Assembly: GCA_019828565.1 (NCBI GenBank)
Contig: JAHDYR010000015.1
Span: 504,239 to 568,238, forward strand
DNA from: Carpediemonas membranifera BICM
Lineage: Eukaryota; Protista; Fornicata
Reading direction: 5' to 3'
DNA length: 64,000 nt
Shown here: positions 9,962-22,171 of the stretch, piece by piece
Layout of the letters: each line of letters opens with the position of its first letter
Position numbering within the stretch: position 1 is the stretch's first letter
Notes under the pieces: model-generated
The model's database searches: none
What the model was told of the DNA's origin: nothing
What the model saw: only the letters and a program-made list of their open reading frames with translations
Translations under genes and position numbers: made by a program

Positions 9962-12900
9962 TTACAACCCTTCCGACTTGGCCTGAGCAGACGACAAGAA
10001 GTCATCCAGAGCAGCAGCGTCTCTAAGGGAGCGGTATGGCTCCCAGGTAGCCTCGGAGTCTTCAAATCCTTGCCAATGGACAAGGTACTCTCTCTTTGAG
10101 ACCGAGCCCGTGCCACGCGACTTGGATATCCGGTCGATATACCACTCCTCCACGCCGGCGGCCGCCACCTGCTTGATCTGTTCCTCTGATAGGGTGCCGG
10201 GGACGAACTTTCTGACGCGAGACGCATCGACCCGGATGGGTTCCGCTCCGGGCTGACCTAAGTCTTTCACCATGTAGGCTACTACAACACCGCTCTGCTT
10301 GACAGACGACACTCGTCGCATAGGCCCTCTCCAGCCCGGGGAAAGCTTGTTTGGAGGGCGCGAGGGATATTTCACGAGCACAAACCGTGACAAGATCTCC
10401 GTGCGGGTGGTGGAGGCCTTCGCCAACGCGTCTTCGCGCATGGCCAGGACACGTGCCTTGGCCAATTGTGTAGCGGCTTCGGCAGCGAGGAGATGCGACG
10501 TACGAGCTGCTGCCGTGCTGTTCTCGGTAACGTATAACTTCTCCGGCACCGCCATGTTGCTCCCCGAACAGTATCTCGGCGGGGGAAAGGCGTGTTGGTT
10601 GTCTTGGCATGGAATTGACAATAAACTGCGCAACCGGTAAATGCTGACGCCAATTGCCGTTTCTGAGCTCAAACTTCCTTGCCTTGAGCACTCTCTCGAC
10701 CATCTGGTTAGCTCTCTCAACCATTCCGTTGGACTGAGGGTGATGCGCGGTGGTAACGTGTGTCTCGAACCCCATGTCCTGTGCCAGCTTCTTCATGAGA
10801 GCGTTATTGAACTCGGGACCTCCGTCAGACTGCAGCACTCGTGGGCAACCGTAACGCAGCACCCATGTGTTGACGAAGGCATCCACGGCATCGCGTGCGG
10901 TGGTAGACTTGACGGGGGCTAGCTCCGTCCACCTGGAACACATGTCTATCATGACTTGGACGTATTTGTAGCCGTCACGCTCCGGGAGCGGACCTAGAGT
11001 ATCGATTGCCACCCGCTGGAACGGTGCATCCACAGCCGTGTGTAGACCGTCTGTTTTTTCAACAGGCGGTCTCTCCAAGACCTGGCAGACAGGGCACTTG
11101 GCGACGTAGTCGTAAACGTCACGGCGAGTAACTGAAACACCGGCTTCCCGCAAACGTTCCATGGTTAACCGTCCGGAGAGGTGGGCGTTACCGAACAGGT
11201 GGGCTTTGCTGATCTCATCAACTGACGCTAGCGAGAATACGCGCGACAGACCGTCGGCTCCCCCGTTGTCTAAACCGGCCACGTGCTTCAATTCGAAATC
11301 TAGGTCTGCAATAGAATCGGCCCATCTACGCACCTTAGCGTTACTCGACCTATACATGTACAAGAGGTTGCGATGGTCGGTCAGGAGCTCGAATCTCTCC
11401 CAGGACAAGAACTTCCTCCACTTCTGAAGGGCTGACACAATCGCAAAGGCTTCCTTCTCGCCGACACTCCATCTGGATTGGACGTCTGTGAAGGCTTTGG
11501 ACATATAACACACGGGGCGACCCTCCTGCAGGAGGACAGCCCCGTACCCCACGTCGGATGCGTCAGTCATCACGACATGAGGTTTGGTCGCGTCGAACAT
11601 CGCCAAAGAATCTGCCGAGCACAAGGCTTCTTTGATATCCGCTAGGGCAGCCTCTAGCTCTTTCTCTGGCACGGCCGTACGGTTAGTCGTTGCAGACACG
11701 AGTGGTTTGGCGCGGGTCGCGTAGTTCGGTACGAAGTCGCGGAAGTAGTTAAAGAATCCGACTAGACCTTGCATCCCCTTGACTGTAGGCGACAGCTTCA
11801 TGTCTTGGATATCGTTGACTCTCTCTGGTGAGATCCTGACTGACCCCTCGGAGATGATCCAGCCGAGGAACTCCACCTCGGCCCGACCGAACTGACACTT
11901 GTCCCTTCCGAGCTGGAGCTTGTACTCACGGGCGCGCTGGAGGACCTTCCTCAGGTTCTCGATGTATTCCTCTGGCGTGGCACCCATGACGATCACGTCG
12001 TCGATGTAAATGATGCAGGCGGTCCCAAGTAGCCCTCTGAACGCGTTTTCCATCGCTCTCTGAAAGAAAGCACCGGCATTGCGAAGCCCAAAGGGCATCC
12101 GTGTATATTGGAACTGGCCGAAGGTAGTCCTGAACGCGGTATACTTCCGGCAACGCTCAGTAAGGGCGATCTGGTGGTAGCCGGCAGACAGATCGAGCGT
12201 TGCGAACACTCGCTTACCCGAAAGTTGTGTGATAACTTCGTCAATTCGAGGGATGGGGTAATCAAATGGCTCTGTCATGGTGTTGACTTCACGAAAGTCG
12301 ACGACAAAGCGAGTCTTGCCACCCTTCTTGGGTACGATGATAGTTGGGCTGGAATAGGCCGATTGACACGCCTGTATATACCTCTTGGCCAGAAGGGTAT
12401 CGATGTGTTCCTTGACAACCGGGACCTTTGGGGGCGGAACATAGTAGGGACGTACGTGGACGACTCGATCGCCCTTGAGGCATAGGTCGTAGGGCTCGAG
12501 CTTGCTCGGTTCAGTACGGTCACGGAAGAGGTCTTCGTACTCCTTGAGCAGCTTGATCTGCTGGCTCGCGATACCATCGGGGAGGGTAAGAGCCTTAGCT
12601 TCAAACTTGCTCGGGACGGGAGGATCGTCAGTTGCTTCGCTCTCCGAGTTGCTAGGCTGGGCCATTGAGGGCAGCAGTCCGATCTCTACCATCTGGCTGT
12701 AACCAAAACTGACTTCGTACGCAGTTTTGAGAACGAAAGCGCGGATCTTCAGCTCGCAGCCACGTGGCGTGAAGGGAGATGGCCTCAACGTGATCTGCAC
12801 CGATACGGTGCCTTCAGCTTCTCGTATTCCACCTGCCGTTTGGATGCGTACAGTATCGTGGTTGATCCTGGTAACGGCTGGCGAGGAGCACAGATCGGGA

Positions 12901-14003
12901 GATATCGTGGCACAGTCAGCACCAGAGTCTAGTAAGACCTTCACTTCGGCCTTCTCGATGACTCCATTGACTACAGGCAACGACCCTCCACCTGACGCAG
13001 CGGAAAATAAACACTTCGCCCCGTTTACTGGGGACTTAAAACGACAGAACTTCTCGAGGTGACCCTGCTTCTTGCAAACCGGGCATGTGGCACGATCCCG
13101 CGGGCACTTGAAGGATGGATGGCCCGTCTCGCCGCAGTTGTAGCACACCAGCTCGCGCTTGCCCTCTCCTCGTTGGTTCGGGGCTCTTGCGGCTGGCTTA
13201 TCCTGATGATGAGGCTTGGCGATTGGCTTGGGGGCGGGATGGGTGGGTTCGTGGTGAAGACCGCGATGGGGTTTGCCCGACTTAGCCTTGGTTGACGACT
13301 GCTTGTCGGTCATTCCGATGGAACGCAGCATGGCACGGGATTCCTCGATATCGCGAGCGATATCAATCACCCGCGGCATAGCCAGTTCGAGGGAGAAGCC
13401 TTCGGTGAGATCCTTAACCTTGTACTGAACGCGCGAATTATCGGGTAGCTTAAAGCAACGCGCGTAGGTGTCGCAGAGGATCTCAGAGTCTACCCCGGGA
13501 TCAACAAGGGAGAGGAGGGTTCTGAACCGTCGGTTCACTCGAACCACCTCCTGCGGAGTAAAGGACGAGATGGAGAGACGGAACAAGTCGAGACGGGCAG
13601 AAAAACGGGACGGTTGCAGTGCTCTACCGAGCCGCTTGAGGACGCGGTCGTCTTTAGCGAGACGCTTGGCCTTGCGCTTACGCTTGTGCGTCTTTCGGAC
13701 AGCTGCGGTTAGGATGAGGGACTGCTGGAGGGGTTGCTCGTCGTCTTTAGGCGTTCCGGCTACTGGTGAACCTTCATCGTTCACGGGGACAGAGGCCTCG
13801 GCCGAGGGGATGGCTTCAGAGGCCTTGGCGAAGAGGTTAAAGCCGAGAGCGTCAGCGTACCGTTGGACTTCGGTGTCAATCATGTCGGCAACGTCGGCAT
13901 CACCGCCTTTGGCTCGGTACTCGGACAAATCCTCGGCGAATCGGACTAACGACTCAATGGTCGTCTTCTTTAGCATAGGCATATTGTTATAGAGCGTCAT
14001 CAA
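9962..14003 (-). CDS. Ty3/gypsy chromovirus G1 gag-pol polyprotein (gag CCHC x2, protease, RT, RNase H, integrase, GPY/F-like, chromodomain); frameshift near 10560
   Basis: CYNCGETGHPSFKC; LLDSGA; LDLSAGYHQI, MPFGL, YIDD; TDAS; IDTLGP, SDGGPEF, SNGMVER; WYIDRI...YLVHWQGF...TWEP. Confidence 0.95.
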
Positions 14004-14021
14004 AACGTGGAATACTAGTAT

Positions 14022-14146
14022 TGTGGTTCGTTTGACGAACTATGTTTACAAGAGGAGAAGACTCGACACAATGGTGTCGAGGAGAAACTCCTTGACTAAC
14101 TAATATCATATATAAATCTGTGTAATCTTGGGTGAGACCCATGACA
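14022..14146 (-). repeat. Short 5' LTR of G1 (TGTCATGG...CCACA, ~125 bp)
   Basis: Identical copy inside 26150-26297; TG...CA termini; directly upstream of gag. Confidence 0.7.
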
Positions 14147-15530
14147 AGACCCTATGATGTTCTTCGACGATTTTGGTGACCTCCTCGCGGAGGGAAGGGA
14201 TCTGAACGTTGAGTTCAAGCGGCTCCTCTTCAAGCAGATTAAAATCCACTTCACTGCCTTCGTCGGGTTCTTCCGCGACGATGTCTGACCCCACGTTAAA
14301 AGTGACCAGGCCCAGCTCGAGTGAGGAGGGTAGGCCGAAGATGATGTCGTAAGGTAGGTGTCGCAGGACGAGGAACTGGTCAATGACCGAGAGTTTGTGG
14401 CCAGTTCTGGAGCGGCCAAGGCTCATCTCGATGGTGCAGATGGCCTCGACGTTGACTGCTTGTCCGCTTCCCACACGGACGCGGCCTGAGTAAGGTCGCA
14501 TGGGCAGCCCTAGTGTCGTCACGAGTGCGTGAGACACGAAGTTCGTCGTGGCGCCAGAATCAATCAGTGCGCTGCTGTGTGATACCTGGTGATCGTGCGG
14601 GATCTCTACCTCAATCTCGGCAGAGGCAGAAGACTTCCGTCCCGCTCGATCAGTCGCCATAACGTGTAGACAATGCTCATACTTACCACTTTTACCCGCA
14701 CGCTTCTTCGCGAAGCACTGTTCTGCGGTGTGGCCTGCCTTATGGCAGTACGAGCATGTCACGGTGTTCGTAGCCTTGCCCGGGGCGCGGCTGGTCTGGT
14801 GGTTAGCCGGGGGTGCGCGCATCTCGTCGAGGTGCCGCGTCTCGCGTTGGGTCTGCTCAATGTGGCGTGACTGCTCGAGCGCCGCTTTGAACGCGGCTTG
14901 GAGGTCGCTGCGTGGAGCAATGGTGTTGACGCGGTCACGGAGACGCTCCGGTTCAAGGCCGCCGATGAACTGCCTCACCAGACGCTTAGTCGGAGGCTTG
15001 ACATCGGCGCAGTTCTCCAGCTGACGTTGGTACTGGAAGACGTAGTTAAGGGCGTTTTGGTAAGTCGAACCACGCTTCTTGCAGGTAATGCGGGTGAAGG
15101 AGTCCAAGGCGTCTTGCTTATCGAGGGGCTGGAAGATGGCGTTAATGCGACGGATGATGGCGACGCTTGCTTGGTCGTTCTCGAGGGCTGGGATAGGAAC
15201 CGGGACCTGCTCGGGAGCTTCATCTTCGTCGTCGTCGGAGTCGTCGTTTGAGGAGTCACTGTCGGTGCCGTCGTTGTCCGCGTCACCTTGGATAAGCAGC
15301 CGTACGTCATCACCGGCGGATGCATCGTGATCGGGAACCTCGTACTCTTCGAGGGAAGGATCTCTCAGCTTGAGGACCTCCCATACGTCACGCGCGATGA
15401 GGAGGCGAATGGCCAGGGAGCCGCCGCGTGAGCGATACGCGTAATACTGCTCGCGATGGTCCTGCCAGGCGTCGGCGGTCGGGAGCTTTAAATAGGGGGC
15501 TACGAAAAGGTCGGGAACTTGGAATTGCAT
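14147..15530 (-). CDS. Ty3/gypsy G2 gag + aspartic protease, truncated by the G1 LTR
   Basis: YRSRGG gag motif similar to G1 YRAKGG; CSYCHKAGHTAEQC; LIDSGA; DIIFG. Confidence 0.85.
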
Positions 15531-15594
15531 GGATCCAGTAATTACTGTGGTGCAACCCAGATGAAGAGGAAGTGATTTAAAGAGTCAACCCTCG

Positions 15595-15965
15595 GTGGGG
15601 AAAAGGGCTAAAACTAACCCGATCCCAATGATCGACGAGGTGATCGCCCAACTACCCAACAAGAAGATCTTCGCCACACTAGACCTGTCGTCGGGTTATC
15701 ACCAGGTCGAACTGACCAAACGCTGCCGCAAGTACACTGCGTTCACCACCATTCTAGGTCAATATCAATACACTAGGATGCCCTTCGGGCTAAGGAACGC
15801 AGGAGCTCACTTTCAGCGTGCCATGGAGTCGGCTTTCGCCGAACTGGTTGGTCACGCCTGTTATATCTATATCGACGATATCATTGTCTTCGGGGAAAAC
15901 GAGGAGGATTACCTCAAGAACCTGGAGAGCGTGCTGCAGCGTACTAGACAGATCAAGTTACAACT
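15595..15965 (+). pseudogene. Ty3/gypsy RT fragment
   Basis: PIPMIDEV, LDLSSGYHQV, MPFGLRNAG, YIDDII; ends abruptly at a PAT repeat. Confidence 0.9.
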
Positions 15966-16196
15966 CACGTTTCCGTGCGCCCTCTCGGGCGTCTCAGCAC
16001 CCCGGGTGCCAATGGGTTCGAGTGGTGCTCCGGTCAGGCTAGCTGTCCTAGCCTCTAGACATACTTGCTCTACCCAACGGGGATATCCCACCGGCAACGA
16101 GCATAGTGGAATGGCTTGCAGGCACGCTTTCGAGCCCAAACCGACCGTCTCCTCGAGAGACCGCGTCAAAGAATGTCTGTTGTGGCTTACCTTACC

Positions 16197-17270
16197 TTAC
16201 CTTATCACATCAACATTCCACGGGGCGTACCGCTCACGCTTCTTCCGAGCCGTGTCGTGGTACTCGTTCGAGACCACAACATCGATGGCCGTAGGGTTCG
16301 TGCCGCGGTCGTTGAACGCGAAGACGTCAACTCGGGCGTCTCTGTGCGTTGTGTCGGGGTCTTTCGTGTAACGGGAGGAGTGGCGGGGCCAGAACTCCTT
16401 CCTGGCAGGGACACCGTTGTTTGAGAGCTCCGAGAAGAGACTCTCGACGATCGTGTCGTGCCTGGCGGTGGTCTTGGCTCCTCCGTGAAGGCATTTGCAT
16501 GTCACCATATGCTCTGGGGTGGCCAACACGTGGCGGGGGTCAGCTCCGACGTTCAACTGGCCTGATGCCGCATTGGTTACTGACTTCAGGGCACAGATTG
16601 GACAGAACTTAGTCGCGGACACGAAGGCAGCAAGCCCGAGGTGCTTTCTGAGGGCCGCCTGCAGCGGGACACCTGTAAGGCTCGTTGTGTGATCGTGACT
16701 GCGAAGGGGGTCGGCAGTCAGCGCGCGGCTTAGCACACTGGGCTGCGCTGTGTCGACACGAGCTTCCTTGGTCATGTTGGTAGTTATCTTGTCAAACAAG
16801 TGTGCCTGTGTCTTCTCAGGCAGGGCCAGCAGCTGGGCTTCGGTGACTGGCCAACCAGTTGTGAGGTGCTGGAAACCTTCGCTGATCGTGGAAAGGGTGG
16901 CAGGAAGGCCATGCTTCTCCCCGTACCGTGCAAGTTGGCGCAGGGCACCAATCCTGGCACACGGCCAGACGATAGTGGGCATCGCGAAGCCAGGCCACCA
17001 TGCTTTGCCGGCAGCCCCAAGGCCTGACTGATGTCTGGCGACAGGGTGCGGCCAAGCACCTTCCCAACGACGTCGGATAGGGTGGACTGGCAGAAGGTCT
17101 CTGCGGGAGTGAGCACCTCGGGGGTGGGATCGACATTACGCATCAAGTGTGCAATCTTGGGGAGGACACAGAACTTGATCATCGACAGGGCCGGGCCAAC
17201 ACCCTCCGCACCGACATCCTCGCTGAAGTCGGCGATGGCCTTGAGGGTCAGGGCAGCCTTGTCAACAACT
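16197..17270 (-). pseudogene. CRE/SLACS-clade non-LTR fragment: end of RT region + restriction-like endonuclease
   Basis: LPAKHGGL; CPIC...HMVTC; RHD; RVD...AIDV; KKRERY. Confidence 0.75.
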
Positions 17271-17274
17271 CAAC

Positions 17275-17485
17275 TCAACGCCACAAATTATGATCGTTGA
17301 AATAGAGGGTAACAGGTACGGTGTTACAAAGATCCTTTGTCAGGAAGGTCAGCGACGGCAACGGGTAGCCAGCGAACTGGATGAGTAGGACGAATGACTC
17401 CCGCAGATGGTTACTCGAATAGAGTTCGAAATGTTCTAGAACGTCCACCACACCATAGGTGGCTGAGGTGTCAGTCAGCTGGAGC
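17275..17485 (-). pseudogene. Chromodomain-like fragment directly 3' of the LINE-B tail (copy at 36708-36918, +)
   Basis: LQLTDTSATYGVVDVLEH...LLIQFAGY aligns with LQFTDELRTYRLERVV...LTLKWEDY of 9664-9918. Confidence 0.45.
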
Positions 17486-18396
17486 AAAGAAAGAAAGAAA
17501 TTTATGGTGCTTGGATTCTGACCCCGGACTGAGCTTGTTTCCCGTTGTCTTGGAGCTGAGTGCCCCGGGGTACTGCCTATTTCCCGTGGCAAACTGGTCA
17601 GCAGCGTTTGCCTTGGGCTTTCGGTGCTACTGTCTCCGCGGAAAGCCGATTCCAATCGCCCCAGAGGCCCTGCGGCCATCTCCGTGCAAATATGCTTTCC
17701 TGTCTCCCTGAAAGTCCGGCAACTATCCGGGGAGCCTGGGGGTCTGTCCTCGGGGCATTGACAGGCAGGATCGTCCTGCAGAACCTTGACTATGACACTC
17801 CTTGCTTCCCTGCAGTCCTTGTAGAGCCGTTCAGCCACGGCACCCTCTCGTCTGTCCGGTTCCCCAATTCCATGCCCCCTCGACTCTGTTAAGAAGCCTA
17901 CCCGAAGGCGGGGAAAGTGACTAAGTCCATGCTGTCTACCCCGGTTAGGTGGCGTGGGTCAGGGCATGGGTGGTGTACCCCCAGGCACTAGGCCTGGTTG
18001 TCCTGTTACCCCTTACAACATTTCGCTTGCACTACATGTCCTTGGTTTCCCATGTCGTTAACAAGGGCGGCAGGGGCACCTGTGCCCCTCCGACCCCCGT
18101 GGCCAGTCCCTGCAGTTTCCTTGGGGTCCCAACGAGTGGTGCAACCATATGAATATGGATTTCCTTGACCTTATCCTTGCTCTGTCCTTGTTGCATGTCC
18201 TTTCTTTCTTATTTCTGGTCTGTCCTTCCTGTTATTTCCTTGCAGTCGTTCCTTCCCTTGCTTTGGTTCCTGGCTACCGGGATACGTGGGGCCTTTCCTC
18301 ACTGATCCCAGGAGCTTAGCACCAGCGAGGGTGGTCCATGGCTGATTCCTTGTCCATCCCTTCCCGGTCCTGGAGTCAGGGGTTCATGACATGCTT

Positions 18397-21300
18397 CTAT
18401 TCCACCTTGAAGCTGTTGTAAGCCTTTGCCAGTTCCCGTAGTCCTGCCGTGAGGCCTTCCCAAATGTCCTCCGAGCCCCATATTATTAGTTGCTGTAATT
18501 CTAGGATGGGTCTTTCCTGGTACCATTCGCCCTGGGGGCCCTGCCTTACTTCCAAGTCCTTAGTTTTGTGCTTCGCTGCTGTCCACAGCTTTGTCCAAGC
18601 TTCTCCCCTGTCTACTGCCGGGCATTCACAGATTATGTGCGCTGCCGATCCTAGCCTCTGGCCCTCTGCCCACTCCCTGATCATTTCCTGCTTCCTTGCT
18701 GGTCCTGGCTTTTCCCTAATGATCCTGTAGAACAGGCTCACCTCCGACTCCTCCGAGCATAGGGGGCATAGTCTGCTAATTTCTCTCTTCAGGTCAGCGC
18801 CTTGGGCCAGCTCTGTGATGGCTCTCATAGGGCCCTCCCCTCTCTCTGCCGACGATGGGGATGGGCTGACATTGGCTGCAATGGATACAATTCTCTTCCA
18901 TTCCGCCCTGCTTTGCCCCTTCCCAGCCTTTCGGTCTACCGTAGGCTTACCTTGCAGACACTTGCTTAATTTCCTTGTCCCCATGATTTCCATTAGTCCT
19001 AGTGCCGTACGGCTTTTGCACCGCTTCATCCACCCCCTCCTGATCGTTTCCATGCCATAATCCAGTAGCGCTGGTTTAGGGGCTCCCTCTCTGGTGCCCT
19101 CCAGTAGATGCTGCACTCTCTCCCTAGCTTCCCACATAACCGTGCCCCGCCCCCATTCTCTGTTTCTGACTGGTATATCCTGGTCCCTGTAGTTGACTAT
19201 CCTTTTGACTGCCAGCCATTCCATGTGTGCCTGGAGGTCCACCCATCCATTCATCAGCCTCATGGCTGCGCCCCCTCCCGGTCCTGTTCCTGCCATGATT
19301 CCCTGCCAGTCATTCCAGATCCTTCTACCTCCCGGTGCGTTCCCCCACACCTCGACTCCGAAGAGGATCCTGGGCCATATATATATTTCCAGTAGTAGCC
19401 TGCTCGCTAGTGCTGGCATGTTTGCCCTGGTCCACCCTGCCCATCTCACCAGTCTCTTGTACCTTTCGCTCTGCTCCTGTTTCCGCCTTATGCAGGCCGA
19501 CATAGGGTCCTTCCCACTTGCGATCCATAATCCCAGGTATCTCGCCTCCTTCTCTGGCAGTAGTGTTACCCCCTCGATCCTGACTAGGGCTGTTCTGTCC
19601 ACGCTAATCATTACATTCTTCTGGGCGTTCACCCTCATTTCATGCTCTCTGATTATGTCCACCATTATGTTGGCGACCATCTGGCTATGCTCCGGTTTGC
19701 TCCCTGTGACCGCAGTGTCATCCACAAACATGGTAAGTGCTGCCGGTAGTCGGTCGCTGAGGTGGCTCGTGGTCCTTGGCGGTTCTCTGATGTCGTACCG
19801 TTCTCCCTTGATTTTCTTTCTGGCCAGGTGGGGCCAGTTAGCCATGAACAGCACAAACAGTGTCGGTGCCAGGACGCACCCTTGCTTAACTCCCCTGTTG
19901 GTTCTTTCCCATGCCTTTGCCCCCTTGACTGATATCCAGGTTTCCTTTATTGTGCCTTGAATTGCCCTGATCAAGTGCTCCTCCACCCCCATACCCTGTA
20001 GCTTATCCATGAGAATGTCCCTTGGTACCGTGTCATATGCCTTCTCGATGTCCAGAAAGATTGACGTGGTCTCACCCCCTCCTGGTGCCGCTGCACAATG
20101 TACTGTATCTGCTGGATGACGTCCCTGTCTGACTGGAAACCAGCCTGTTCTCTTGGTATGAACCTTTTCGTTGCTGCTTCCAGACGTATCTTGAGCAATC
20201 TACCATAGACCCTGTACAGCAGTGGTGTCAAGGATATTGGTCTATATGATTCCGGCTTGACCCTTGGCTTCCCTGTCTTGTGTATGGCCGACACTGTGGC
20301 ATACTTCCATGCTTTGGGTACGTCGCCCTCCCTGTAGACCCTGTTGATGAGCCTCGTCACTTCCCTAAGGCCTTTCTCATCCAGCTCTCTCAGCATGTCT
20401 CCAGATGTGAGGTCAGGCCCTGGTGCGGTGTCCCTCCTGATCCTTTTGATTGCGGCTTTGACCTCGCTTTCCTTGAACTCATTTCCGTCCCTGCCCCTCC
20501 ATGTCTTCCAGGTGGGTTCCCTGCCTCTGCTGACTCTAGCATACTGTTGCAAGAGGATCTCGCTGATGGCCGCCTTGTCCGTGGTTATCACTCCGTCCTT
20601 GAGGAGGCTCTCCGGCATTCCCTTGTATTGGTTGTCACACCACCACCTTCTGATGGCAGCTTCCACTGAGGCCCTTGAGGCCCTATACCCCCTTTTTGCA
20701 CTTCTGCTGATGTCGGCCACCCATTTGGCCCTGCGCTCTCCCCAGTATTTCTCCAGCTCCTCTTTCATCCTTTCCTTCCTGGTCCTGTTGCCTATTTCTG
20801 TCCATGGGGTTCGCTGGAGTTCGCTCCACACTCCGTTCCCGAACACTTTGTCCCTTGCCTTTGCTCCCCTGTTGTTCACTGGGTCGCCCATGCATGCTCT
20901 TATAGTCTCTTCCCATTGGTCCGAGCTCTTGATCCTGTTCAGCTTTGAGACTGTGACTGGCCCCTCCTTCTTTTTCATGGGCCAGGTGTGCACCTCGGGT
21001 ATGGCCAGAGCCACGTCTCGCTCACTTCTGCCATAGTACCGTTGTTCCTTCCATGCTAGTGTGATTCCATTGTGTGCTGAGCCCCATACCCCGACCTTCT
21101 GAGACTCTACCACCTCAATCTCCGCCCCCTGGATTCCTGGTGTTGTCACTGCAAAGTCCGGGGTTGATGTTCCTGATGTGAGCGTCCCAGATTTGGGTAT
21201 GATGGCTTTGAGCCTGTGCTTCTCCATCATATCCTTCCACCGGGTGGATCTTTCCATCTGGCCTGGGTCGATGTTCCAGTCTCCCATAATTATGGCCTCC

Positions 21301-21839
21301 ATGCTCCCTTTCATGTCCATGATCTTCTGTATAGTGTCCCTGAATCCATCCTTCTCCTGCTTGCTGTGGCCGGATGGAGGGCCATACACGTTGATGACTA
21401 GTATGTCCCTGCCGGTTCTCATTATGCTGGCTTGCACTCTTCCCGATAGGCTGTCCGTTATGCCGATGTCCCACTTTGCAGTTGCGTGTGGGCTCACTAT
21501 CGTGCCGATGCCTTCCCTTGTTCCCTTCCATCTTGGCGCAGGTTCGTCATTGCCTGCTATGCCTAGTTGTCGGTTGATGCGGTGCTGACTTTTGACATCC
21601 GCCTTTCGTTTTTCGTTGGCTAAGACCAGGTCCTCTTCCGTCTCCCTCCCTGCTAGTGCGTAGTCAAGGTCCATGAAGCAATGAACCCTCGTATTCGCCG
21701 TTCTCCATGTCTCTTGTATGAGTACTGCCTCTATGTCCTTCAACCTTAGCTGAATCGCCGTTGCCATAGACGCCGTGAAGTCCTTTCCTCTTCCTATGTG
21801 TCCCTCTGTGTTCAGACTAAGTATCTTGTAGGTTACCAT
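18397..21839 (-). CDS. LINE-B ORF2: APE endonuclease + RT + CCHC (one frameshift near 20070)
   Basis: LSLN, LIQET, INVYGP, MGDWN, PDF, SAH; APGPD, YRPISL, QAGF, GVKQG, MFVDD, RYLG; CPLC...HIICECP. Confidence 0.93.
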
Positions 21840-22171
21840 TGCCTTTGTCCTGTTTCCTTATCCTGCGAATTCCCAGAATTTGGGAGCCCCAGCTTCCCGC
21901 TCCTCTCCTGCTATCCTTGTCCTAACAAGGGGCCTAGATGCCGGTCTCGGTGACCCTTGTCAGGCCAACCTTGTTACCACCTGGTGACCTTCCATTCTTC
22001 GGGCAGGGTACTTAGGAGGGGGACGATATGACGTGACCCCCCTTTGGCTGCCGCTACAGCCTACCGGCAGTGCATTTCAGCTAATGCCGGGCCCTGGGTG
22101 GGAGCCAGGGCTTGTGAATTATAATAGAAAATGTTGCTTGTTCCTTGAAAGAATACTGCTTTACCATGTCC

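Larger units (their letters stand above)
15966..19107 (-). repeat. ~3.1 kb near-identical inverted duplication of 35083-38234 (LINE-B 3' end + chromodomain fragment + CRE fragment + start of PAT-1 A repeat)
   Basis: Same ORF translations on opposite strands, few SNPs/indels. Confidence 0.95.
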
